IMG/VR virus record: IMGVR_UViG_3300017910_000198
Location: 1-25,567 of that record
DNA from: a virus
Taxonomy: Duplodnaviria > Caudoviricetes
Strand: one strand, 5' to 3'
Length of the DNA stretch: 25,567 bases
Below are positions 7,436-17,200 of the stretch, in pieces. How positions within the stretch are numbered: the first letter of the stretch is position 1; every line of letters begins with the position of its first letter. A program made the translations under genes and the position numbers. The notes below the pieces were generated by a model. That model saw only the letters and a program-made list of their open reading frames with translations. It was not told where the DNA came from and ran no database searches.

Positions 7436-9311
7436 ATATCAAGAGTTCATTCATAAAAGCCGATACGCTCGATGGCTTTCAGAAGAGGGTCGCAGAGAGA
7501 CTTGGGCAGAAACAGTACAGCGGTATGTGAATTTCTGGGTTGACCGCAAGCAGATTGATGCTAAGACTGCTGATAGACTGTATGATGGCATCTATACTCT
7601 AAAGGTTATGCCGTCTATGCGGTGCTTAATGACGGCAGGTAAGGCTCTAGATAAAGATAACGTAGCAGGATTCAACTGTAGCTACCTAGCTATCGACTCA
7701 CCTCGTAGCTTTGACGAGCTTATGTACGTTTTGATGTGCGGAACAGGCGTAGGATTCAGCGTAGAGCGTAACTTTATCGGTAAACTGCCTATAATTGCAG
7801 AGACATTCCACCCTACAGACACTACAATCGTTGTGGCTGACAGTAAGATTGGTTGGGCTTCTGCGTTTAGAGAGTTAATCGCAATGCTTTATGCAGGGAA
7901 AATACCCAAATGGGACATGAGCAAGATACGCCCTGCAGGTGCTAGACTTAAAACCTTTGGTGGTCGAGCAAGTGGCCCACAGCCCCTTGAAGATTTGTTC
8001 CGCTTCTGCGTAGAAGTCTTTACAAAAGCAGCAGGTAGAAAGTTATCGTCTATTGAGTGTCACGATGTTGTGTGTAAGGTTGCAGACATTGTGGTTGTAG
8101 GTGGCGTAAGACGTTCTGCACTGATTAGTTTATCTAACTTGTCCGATGGTCGCATGGCTAAAGCTAAAGTAGGTGCATGGTGGGAAGCAGATGGACATAG
8201 ACGTTTGGCTAACAACAGCGTAGCATACACAGAGAAGCCCGACTTTGAAGCCTTCATCAACGAAATGCGTACACTGTATGAGAGCCGAGCAGGTGAACGA
8301 GGACTGTTCAGCCGTGTAGCTGCTCAGAATATTGCAGCACGTAATGGTCGTAGAGACTCAGAGCAAGACTTTGGTACTAACCCATGCTCTGAGATTATTC
8401 TACGCTCTAACCAGTTCTGTAACCTATCAGAAGTTGTAGTGCGTGAAGATGACACAGAAGAAACTCTAAAAGAAAAAGTAGAGTTGGCTGCAATCATCGG
8501 TACACTTCAAGCAACACTTACAGACTTCCGTTACTTGCGTAATATTTGGGCAAGGAACACTGAAGATGAAGCCCTGTTGGGATTGAGCATGACAGGAATC
8601 ATGGACAATAAACTTCTATCTGGTCAAGGCGACCAAGCAGAACTAGAAAAGACTCTGGAGAACTTACGAAATGTGGCTATCAATGTTAATAAAAAGTGGG
8701 CTAAGAAGCTTGGCATTAACCAGTCTGCAGCTATTACTTGTGTTAAGCCATCTGGCACTGTATCTCAGCTTGTTGATTCTGCTAGTGGTATACATCCTCG
8801 CTTTAGCAAGCACTATATTCGTAGAGTACGTTCAGACAAAAAAGACCCACTGGCAGTCTTTATGGAAGCAGCAGGATTCCCAGTCGAGCAAGATGTGATG
8901 TCAGAGTCTTCAGTGGTCTATAGCTTTCCAATTAAGTCTCCCGAATCTAGTGTATGTGTAAAAGAAGTGGGTGCAATGGAACAGCTACGGCTCTGGAAGA
9001 CTTATCAGAACTTTTGGTGCGAACATAAACCAAGTATTACTGTGTACTATACCGATGATGAATATCTGCAAGTAGCGCAGTGGATTTGGGAAAACTTTGA
9101 TATATGCTCTGGTATATCACTACTTCCAGTGAGCGACCATGTTTATCAGCAAGCCCCTTATGAGGATATTACTCCCGAAGCCTACGATGAACTGTTAAAC
9201 TCTATGCCTAAGAATGTAAACTGGTCTGACTTGGTTTACTTTGAGCAAGAGGATAACACTACAGGCTCACAGGAACTAGCGTGTACTGGTGGAGCGTGTG
9301 AGATAGTATAG
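7428..9311 (+). CDS. nrdJ: Class II (adenosylcobalamin-dependent) ribonucleotide reductase
   Basis: FNCSY, VVVGGVRRSA, GTNPCSEI, FCNLSEV, TCVKPSGTVSQL, C-terminal ACTGGACEI; no beta-subunit gene in the window; start moved to ATG 7428 (AAGGA upstream). Confidence 0.88.
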   Translation: MDKYQEFIHKSRYARWLSEEGRRETWAETVQRYVNFWVDRKQIDAKTADRLYDGIYTLKVMPSMRCLMTAGKALDKDNVAGFNCSYLAIDSPRSFDELMYVLMCGTGVGFSVERNFIGKLPIIAETFHPTDTTIVVADSKIGWASAFRELIAMLYAGKIPKWDMSKIRPAGARLKTFGGRASGPQPLEDLFRFCVEVFTKAAGRKLSSIECHDVVCKVADIVVVGGVRRSALISLSNLSDGRMAKAKVGAWWEADGHRRLANNSVAYTEKPDFEAFINEMRTLYESRAGERGLFSRVAAQNIAARNGRRDSEQDFGTNPCSEIILRSNQFCNLSEVVVREDDTEETLKEKVELAAIIGTLQATLTDFRYLRNIWARNTEDEALLGLSMTGIMDNKLLSGQGDQAELEKTLENLRNVAINVNKKWAKKLGINQSAAITCVKPSGTVSQLVDSASGIHPRFSKHYIRRVRSDKKDPLAVFMEAAGFPVEQDVMSESSVVYSFPIKSPESSVCVKEVGAMEQLRLWKTYQNFWCEHKPSITVYYTDDEYLQVAQWIWENFDICSGISLLPVSDHVYQQAPYEDITPEAYDELLNSMPKNVNWSDLVYFEQEDNTTGSQELACTGGACEIV

Positions 9312-9322
9312 GGGGATATGAG

Positions 9323-9547
9323 ATGAAAGCAAAGGAAGCTAATCTACTATCGTTTAGAATTATTGTAAATCATTCGGGGGCTATCCTAACGGAAATAGGT
9401 GGCCTTCCCGAAGACAAATTACATGAAGTTTTTAAGGATAATGAGCTTGTGTTAGTACGAAAGATTATTCGTGAGGCTAAACCCAAGCTTGAGAAAATGC
9501 ACGACTTTTTAGAAAGGGAACTAACAGCGTTCCATCATATTGAGTAA
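9323..9547 (+). CDS. Hypothetical protein, last gene of the + arm
   Basis: GGGGGA upstream; 74 aa. Confidence 0.7.
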   Translation: MKAKEANLLSFRIIVNHSGAILTEIGGLPEDKLHEVFKDNELVLVRKIIREAKPKLEKMHDFLERELTAFHHIE

Positions 9548-9569
9548 ACGCTGTTACTTCCGAAAAATC

Positions 9570-9610
9570 CCAGTTTTCTGCAAGTTAAGTTTCTAACTTA
9601 TTAAAACTGG
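9570..9610. terminator. Imperfect inverted repeat at the junction of the convergent arms (possible bidirectional terminator)
   Basis: CCAGTTTT (9570-9577) pairs with AAAACTGG (9603-9610); inner AAGTTA (9582-9587) pairs with TAACTT (9594-9599). AT-rich, no canonical U-tract. Confidence 0.45.
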
Positions 9611-9616
9611 AAGTTA

Positions 9617-9928
9617 CTACCATTTAACTTTATCAGCCCAGTATGCTGCAGACATTTTGCCTTTCGCAATATTTCTGCGGTGTCGGGCTTTAAAGCTTTT
9701 ACGTTTCTTTTTCATCTTAGCAGATTCACCTGCTTTAGGTTTACCTGCTGTCTTAGCTCCCTGCTCCCCGAAACGTATTGTCTTAACCTTATCGCCTTCC
9801 TTAGCTACAACGATGTGAGACTTCTTAGGGTGGTTTGGTGTGCGCTTAGGCTTATTGTAGCCTGATACACCTGCTCTTTTAAGCCTAGAGTCTCTAGCTT
9901 TACCACCTTTCTTATATTCTTCTCTCAT
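9617..9928 (-). CDS. Very basic small protein (DUF5754-like pattern)
   Basis: 103 aa, 34 K+R by hand count; KTIRFG..G...RKSFKARH...SAAYWADKVKW; N-terminal YKKGGKA; ATGA-coupled. Confidence 0.8.
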   Translation of the reverse strand: MREEYKKGGKARDSRLKRAGVSGYNKPKRTPNHPKKSHIVVAKEGDKVKTIRFGEQGAKTAGKPKAGESAKMKKKRKSFKARHRRNIAKGKMSAAYWADKVKW

Positions 9929-10167
9929 CGTTTTTTACCTTTGTGTAGACCATGTTTAGCGTGTTGCTTACCTTTCTTAGTAGCTTCCTTCTTTTTCTTG
10001 TTAGCTGCTGCTAGTTTCTTTCTGCCTGCAGCAGTTGACTTGAGTTTAGCTATAGTTCTAGATGGAGCATACACCTCTCCAGTCTCAGAAGACTTCTTAC
10101 CGCTAGGTGTTCTCCACTTTTGTTTTGTCCACTTCTTTAAGGACTTCTGAGATTTCTTGAGAGCCAT
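9925..10167 (-). CDS. Very basic small protein (resembles the C-terminal half of DUF5872-type proteins)
   Basis: 80 aa, 28 K+R; QKSLKKWTKQKWRT..G.....GEVYAP...KK.EATKKGKQ; TAATG-coupled. Confidence 0.78.
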   Translation of the reverse strand: MALKKSQKSLKKWTKQKWRTPSGKKSSETGEVYAPSRTIAKLKSTAAGRKKLAAANKKKKEATKKGKQHAKHGLHKGKKR

Positions 10168-10310
10168 TATTTGTGTACCTTTTGTATGGCGAAGTCTGCG
10201 GTCAGGCTTGCACCTTTATGTGGTACAAACTTGCCTTTGTGCTTCATAAGTTTAAAAGAGCCATTCTTTTGTTTCATCCAATGATAACCTTTCGGTGCTT
10301 TAACTTTCAT
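10167..10310 (-). CDS. Basic K/H-rich mini-protein, 47 aa (not in ORF track)
   Basis: MKVKAPKGYHWMKQKNGSFKLMKHKGKFVPHKGASLTADFAIQKVHK; TAATG overlaps at both ends, GGAGG upstream. Confidence 0.78.
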   Translation of the reverse strand: MKVKAPKGYHWMKQKNGSFKLMKHKGKFVPHKGASLTADFAIQKVHK

Positions 10311-10495
10311 TACTTGTAACCTCCACCTTTAGCTTTATATTCACGAGCAAGCATCTGAGCTTTTCTCGCACTCCACTGACCTGCCCTGCCACCTTTTGAG
10401 CCTGCTTTAATTTTCTCAAACAATCTCTTACGCATAGTAGGCTTAGTGTAATTCCCTGCTTTGTTTACTGTTGACTTCTTTTTCTTAGCTGCCAT
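10310..10495 (-). CDS. Very basic small protein (resembles the N-terminal half of DUF5872-type proteins)
   Basis: 61 aa, 19 K+R; YTKPTMRKRLFEKIKAGSKGG.AGQWSARKAQMLAREYKAKGGGY. Confidence 0.8.
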   Translation of the reverse strand: MAAKKKKSTVNKAGNYTKPTMRKRLFEKIKAGSKGGRAGQWSARKAQMLAREYKAKGGGYK

Positions 10496-10496
10496 A

Positions 10497-10895
10497 TTAT
10501 TTGTTCCTTTGTACGCCTTTAGCTTTTTCTACAGTTCTCATAGTACCTAAGCCTAGCATACCGATAAGAACTGGCATCATTTCTGAAGTGTCTAAGACTG
10601 GAACTACAATGGTAGATTCAGCCAGAGCAAGTGCAAAGTTCGCCATTGGGATAACCATGAAGTTACAACCCATGCCGATGACAGCAACCCACCCCACAGC
10701 AGGTCTCCACCCACTGACAAAAAGCGACTTATGCGCTGCTTCCGTCTTATTAACTTCAAGTTGAGCTTTCGCAAGCTCCTGTGCGTGTTTTTCAGCCATT
10801 GTCGATAGTTCAAATGCGATAGCATTCTTTTTGTCTTTATCCTCTATAAATTTATCTAGTAGCCCTGTAACAGGCCCGATTAATGATTGTAACAT
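10497..10895 (-). CDS. Holin of the 3TM / GTA-holin (DUF3154) family
   Basis: EAAHKSLFVSGWRPAVGWV and MLGLGTMRTVEKAKGV; next to the endolysin; AGGAG RBS favours ATG 10895 over GTG 10904. Confidence 0.85.
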   Translation of the reverse strand: MLQSLIGPVTGLLDKFIEDKDKKNAIAFELSTMAEKHAQELAKAQLEVNKTEAAHKSLFVSGWRPAVGWVAVIGMGCNFMVIPMANFALALAESTIVVPVLDTSEMMPVLIGMLGLGTMRTVEKAKGVQRNK

Positions 10896-10908
10896 AGTCT
10901 TCACTCCT

Positions 10909-11271
10909 TTAGTAACTCCACATTACGCCAGTTCCATTACTATCCAAACTGCGGTTATCGACATGGATAAATGTATTAGCGATTCCAATACCGCCAAATC
11001 CCATTTTAATAGCTTCTTGAACAATTTTATATTTCTGTTTTCCGTTGGTGACTTTAATATCTGATGCAATACCTTTGGCATGTGTTCCTGCTTTCTCCTT
11101 TCTCTTTTCAATTGAGTGGTTTGGACTTCTGTAACCACTGGTTATAATAAACGGAAACCCACAGGCTTCACGCAGCTCATCGAGTCTGTGTATAAAATCT
11201 ATACACATCTCATTTTCTCCTGTCTCTTGACAGTTGAAATCTTCTAGTTTAAAGTATTTAAATTGGCTCAC
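10909..11271 (-). CDS. Endolysin, peptidase M15A family
   Basis: YFKLEDFNC, ITSGYRS, H-x6-D (HAKGIASD), GIGIANTFIHVD; ATGA overlap with the giant gene stop. Confidence 0.92.
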   Translation of the reverse strand: MSQFKYFKLEDFNCQETGENEMCIDFIHRLDELREACGFPFIITSGYRSPNHSIEKRKEKAGTHAKGIASDIKVTNGKQKYKIVQEAIKMGFGGIGIANTFIHVDNRSLDSNGTGVMWSY

Positions 11272-14200
11272 ATTAGCACCCCACTTATGTTAAAGGTAAA
11301 TTGTTTTTCAGGGTCATTGCTGACATCTTGAGCAGCGTGTACTAATTCACCATACTTATCTTTTGCATCTTTAGTTCTGTCGCTCTTAGCGGAATCAAAG
11401 TCGTATTTGTCTGGCAAGACTTGATACTTGCCGTCACCCAAATCTTTAAAGTTAAATGCACCAACAGTTGTAAACATCTCAAACGATGGGTCAGTCAAAG
11501 AAGTCAACGCTAAGTCTACTAAATCTTGGTCTTCTCGTTGACCTCTGTAAAACTCTGCAGGTGGAGTACCATCTTTCATTAGAGGATAGTCTCTGTACTG
11601 AACACTTGTACTGCCTCGTGCCATTGCATTCTCTACAGCAGTTCTAAGAACATCTTGCTGTGCAGTTCCAAAGCCTTCAACACGCACATCAGGCACTTCC
11701 ATATCTAATCCTAGCTTGTTGCCTAGCATATAGCGAGTAAACTGTACCGCATTCTCAGGCATAATATTTACGCCTGCTCTAAGTTTACGCTTAGTTTCTC
11801 GTAGGATAGGTGGTATTGTTTCTTCTTTTAGAGTTACAATTTCTTCTTTAACAGTATCAACAATTTCACCTGTTTTCTGTGCTATGCTACCGCCTATGTT
11901 GCCTACAAATATCATTCCTTTCGTGCTTGCTTCTTTAGCAGTATCAACAAACTCGCTTGTTTTTTCGGCTACAGTATCAGCTATTTCACCTATCTGCTCT
12001 AAGCCTCCTGTGTCCCCTGTAGTTCCTGCGGTGTTTTGTGCCACCCTTCCCTCTGAACTAAAGTCTGCGCTTAGTACCCCATCAATAAAGTTTGTAAATC
12101 CTGACAGGTCGCTTTCTTCTTTACGCAAAGCACCTGACATATTCTCTGCAGTTCTACCTTGACCGCCAAAGCTAGGAAGTTTTAGGGCTGCTAATCGCTC
12201 TCTGAAACTCTTGCCTGACTTTTTAGGGGGTTCTTTTAACTCAATTTCTGGCTTTTTTGAGTTATCTTGAGTTGAAGATTTGCTACCAAGTATTCTGCGT
12301 AGGGCTGAAGTAGTCTTGCTGATTGTTTCTGATACTGTACTTTGTACATTTTTAGAAACATTTTCAGCAGTTTCTTTCACAGCTTCACCCAGTTCTTTGG
12401 TAGCTTCTACAGCACCATCAAACATTTCAGTTGTAGGTAACTCGATTGGCTCAGACTTAGCAACGATTTCAGCCTGTTGAGATATAGCAGATTGGATAGG
12501 CTTTTCAAAGCTTAGTGTATCACCTGCATAAATCAAATCAACATTCTTAATGTTGTTTATATCTGCTATTTCCTGTACAGTCATGCCTTGTTCTTCAGCA
12601 ATCTTAGTAAGCGTATCGCCCTGCTGAATAACATATCCACCCTCTGCAAACATCGGCATACCTTTCAGTATGTCTTCTCGCATTTTTTCAGTTAGTTTAA
12701 TAGTAGGTAGCTCGACAGTTCCATCACCTCTGTCGTACATTTCTTTGGTAATCTCAACGCCATACTTCTTAGCAAACTTTTTGTTTAAGTGTTTGATAAG
12801 TGTCTTGTCGTAGAAGTCAAAGAACTTCTGACCGCCTTCTTTAAATTTCATGTTGCGCTTGAGTACGTAGTCTCCATCACTGTCTGGTGTAGAAGCTAAT
12901 AAGTCTTTGGCATTTTTATCACCAATAATCTTAGGCAGCTTAGCTTCAAGCTCCTCCATAGTTTCAAAGTTCATTATGAAGTCACTAAATTCATCATCAG
13001 TTCTTCTGCCCTGCAATCCAAATCCTGATGGAGAACCATCTTTCATGTTTTGTCGGGAGAACAAAACTACTTCATTAACTGCACCCATCTTATTGTTGCG
13101 GATAGCCTGCATTTCACCAGTAACTATAGCAACTCGGTCATAGCCTTCTTCAGCAGCAACCATCATAGCTTTGCGTAGACCTTGCAAGCCCCAACGTCTT
13201 TCGTTCATGTACGGAAGGTCGGGTACACCCATTTGTCTTTCAATGGCTAAGTCCATTATCTCATCAGCCATGCCTTGTCGTTCTTGTTTTAGTTCTTCGA
13301 GTCGCATGAATCTTGCTCTAAACTCTTCAGCTCTTTCTTTACCTAAGCCTCTTTTAATATTTAGGTCTTTATTTTGGGCTTTAGTTAGGTCAGATATTTC
13401 TAACTCAAGCTCAGTGTGTCGAGCCATCAATTCGTTATACGTTTTGCTTTGAGCTGCGGTATATCTTTCCCCACCACGACTGATTGCTTGCGAGGCATCA
13501 GACTGTATTTCGTCTATCAGCAATACCTTTTCAGCCTTGTCTGCTTTTGCAGTAGGTGTAATGTCTGAAAGTCTAAGGTGCAACAGAGGATTCTTAACAC
13601 CTTTGAAGTGCTCGTGTTCGTAATCTACATCTGTCTTTCTAAACTTCTGAGGCAGTGTGAATACAAGCTCTCGATAGTTTTGAGTGTTTTGACCATCGAA
13701 AGAATAGTTTAAATGTACAGGGTTCGCATCAAAGTCAGACAAGCCTACTTTGTTTTGGAACTCGCTAAACCTTGTGGTGTACCAATCTTCAAATGCTTCT
13801 GCACCTTCGCCAGTTAAATCGTCAAACGCATCAACTTCGTAAGGGTAGTTTTCTTCTGCCCATTCCCAAAATGCTTTTTCGTCTGCATCCATCAAGTCCT
13901 CTGCATCGTCTAACAGCATATCGTCTGAAACATTATCGTAATCGTCTTTGTGTCTAACTCGACCTGTTTGAACTTCTAAGTCGAAATTTTGTTCGTCAAA
14001 ATGACGGAGAACTTCTTCTTTAGTTACAGGCTTGTTGTTTCCAAAGCGTTCAGTAATTCCAGTGTAGTCTAACTCTTCGTCACTTACACCTTTCTTTTTC
14101 ATATCGTTGATAATTGACTGACCTGCTCTAGGCTTAACACCTTGAATTTCCAGTGCTGCTTTGTGTGCAGGGCTGTAGAATCCAGAAGCCAGTTTAGGTG

Positions 14201-17200
14201 CAAAGGCTTTAGCTACAACGCCACCAATGTTGAATCCGCTTCTTCGGTCTGAAGAATCAAAAGCCTGTGAAGCTACTGACTTAAATTGCTCAGGCTCAAA
14301 CAAGATGTAGGAGTACGGAGACTCACCTTGATAGCTAGGCTCTGCAGTATTGCGGTACTTAACAGAATCAAACCCAAGCTCTTTCAAGAAGCTTTGGAAG
14401 TCTAGGTTCAACTCAGCACGTTTCATGTCTGTTTCAACTTTCTGCAACACATTGTCGTAAGACTTTTGGTTGATGAAAGGTTGCAACTCTACAGCTCTTT
14501 CGTAGAACTTGTCGAACTGTTTGTTTACTTTGGCAGTTATCTCAACTCCATTAGCCTTGATAGCATCTTTGACTTTCTGTGCAGAATCGTTAAAGTCTAG
14601 TAAGATAGACTCAACACGCCATGAACCCATATCGTCTTCAACTACCAGAGGCTTCTTGACGTTGATATACCCCTGTTCGACTGTATAAGGTCTGATTGAT
14701 GCACCATCTTTGCCTATTTGCTGAGAAACAAAATTAAAGAAGTTGTTGTAAGCGTTTGGCTTAGGCTTAGCATTGACACCCACAAACTGTCGCATAAGCT
14801 TCTCAGTCTTAGCAGGGTCATTGTTTGATAGCTCGTTTGCCATGTCACGAACCATAATCATGTCGATGTTTCCTTTGCTACCTACATGAGTACCAGTCTC
14901 ACGAGGAAACAGGAAAGAAACATTGAAGTCTGCATCTTGATAGCTAGACACAACACGATAAATTAAATCTTTGTTTTCTGAATCGGCTGTGAATTTTACC
15001 TGTGCATCTTTTCGCTGTTCTGGCGACAATACGTTACGTTGTGTTCTAGGCGAATCCATCTTTGGAGCTTTGAATTTCTCAAAGTTGATTTCATTTTTGC
15101 TTGCCAGTTTCAGCATAGCATCCCTAGCAACTTCAAACGCACCTTTATCGCTGAGCATAGGGAAAGAAGTTTTAAGCTCTTTGTTTAAGATGTTGTGCAG
15201 ATAATCCAAAGACTTTTCATCAAACTTAACTTTCTTCGCTGCTTCTTTTTCTGCAGCAGTCAAGTCGATAGACAGCTTCTTGTTCATAGCCTTGATGGTC
15301 ATAATCTCAGGATTCATAACCATTGCAGCAATCTGAGGATTCTGAGCATTTGTATCTAAGTCAATAATAGTCTCGATAGCTTTGATGTGGTCAGAAGAAA
15401 AACCTGCTTCTTCCTGAATCTCAAACATCAGTCTTTCTCTTTTGACTGCATTAGGCTCGTCATAAATTCTGCGTTCTTCTGCAAGCTTACTAGCCTTAGC
15501 ACTTTTCTCTGGAGAAGATTCCATCAGATTAATTAGGTTAGCTTCTTTCAACTCTTCAAGGTCAAAGTCGTTAAACTTGATTTCGCCTGTTGCGTTAGCT
15601 GCACTAATGTCTGAATCAATTTTCTGTGCAGCTTCATCAATCAGTTTAGAATCAATCTTGCCATCTGTCATCTGCAACAGCTTTTCGCTAATGATGTTTC
15701 CGTAAGTAAACCCATCTTCAGGCTTGGGAGTCTTCTTGCCCATCAGTGCATCAATAGCTTTTGTAGCTAATACTACACCACCTTTGTTGTACTTGTCAAT
15801 AGGCTGAGCCTTTTCAAACTCAGGAATGAAACCACCAAACACATCGTTCTGTGCTTTCTTCAAGTTTCTGCGGTAGTTCTTAACGTAGTCTTCGCCTAAG
15901 ATTTGCTTACCAAAATATGTACCAGAAACAAGCGGTATCTTATATCCTACAGTCGGGATAATCCCTTGTTGAATTAAGCTTAGACCATCCGATGCTGCAG
16001 GGCCAAATGGAAGCGTAGCATACGCTAAGTTGCTTTTGCTATACTTAGCTGCTGTTTGAGCACGTTTAAGGCTGTCGAGTAATAACCCATTACCACCCCA
16101 ACGAGCGATAGCTTCTTTAGTAATTTCCCACTCAGTCTTGCCTCTTTCGTTTTCACCGCCTGTACGTACATAGTTAGTCCAACGAGCCATGCCTGTCATA
16201 ATAGCGCCTGCAGCTAGTATCTTAGGTGCGTTACGCTTAGGAGCTTTGATAAGAGACTTAGTAGCTCCTTTGAGGATAGTATTGGTAAACGCAGCAGGGT
16301 AGCTTAGCAGTTGAAACAATACCGCAGTCTTAGGGTTAGAAAATAGCAGTGGCTTAACGCCTGAGAGCGCAGTAGGCTGTAGGATTACGCCATTGGTGTA
16401 ACGTGCAGCACCACCCAAGAAGTCTGACTTGTAAAAGTCATCATCTAGCTTAGCGCCTGCATTGTGCCAATCAACGGCTTTCTGCCAATCAATGCCTAGT
16501 TCTGCAAGCTCTCCTGCAAGAACTTCGCCATCACCATCTAGCACTCGGTTTGGATAGCGAGTAGCTAGTTTCTTAATGTTGTCATCAATTAGGTTTTTAC
16601 CGCTTGAAAACGAAACATTCTGAACAAACTTTGTCCACTGGTCAAGCAGTGTGATTCGGAAGAACTTATTACTTGCAGTTTGCAAGCCTTCAGAAACTAA
16701 CTCGTCACCTGCAAGTCTGTCACCAACCTGAGCAAGTGCTTGGTCTACATGAATGCTAAAGTTACGCATTTCAGCCAAAGCTTCGTTTGCTGTAAGTCCG
16801 TTTTCATCCATAAGCTTCTTTTGCATTCCGCTTGTGATTTTTTTGTGTGACATGGATAAAGCTTCACCAAAACCTTTTACGGAGTTGACCACGCCTGCTT
16901 TGCTTATGTTGATAAATACTTCTGTCAAACTTGAAAGAGTTGCCAAACCTAGAAGTGCGACACGATTGGCAAAGCTATATGTATCTACAGCGGTTTGTGC
17001 GCCTCGACCATAGCGGTCTACGCCCTCGCCTGTAGCAGTACGATACAGGTTTTCAATCTGCCTACGCATCTTAGGGGTCATTGTTTCGCCCTTGTCTGCT
17101 AATTCTTTTTCAATTCGGTTGATGTAAAACTTGTTGAACTCGTCTGCATTGCGTACACCTAGTACACGATGCTTCGCTATAGACTTTCCGTACTGGTAAG

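Noticed and set aside
589-9311. Inteins, introns or stop-codon reassignment in helicase, PolA or RNR
   Set aside because: All three are normal length, uninterrupted, and read through in the standard code.
11227-11255. TTGACA-N17-TAAAGT on the + strand inside the endolysin gene (possible antisense promoter)
   Set aside because: The -10 matches only 4/6 in an AT-rich context, so chance is plausible; needs TSS data.
12825-12845. FKEGGQK, a fourth [FY]xxGG in the giant protein
   Set aside because: Lacks the V/A two residues after GG and sits inside the EIQSD domain just before FYD, not at a junction.
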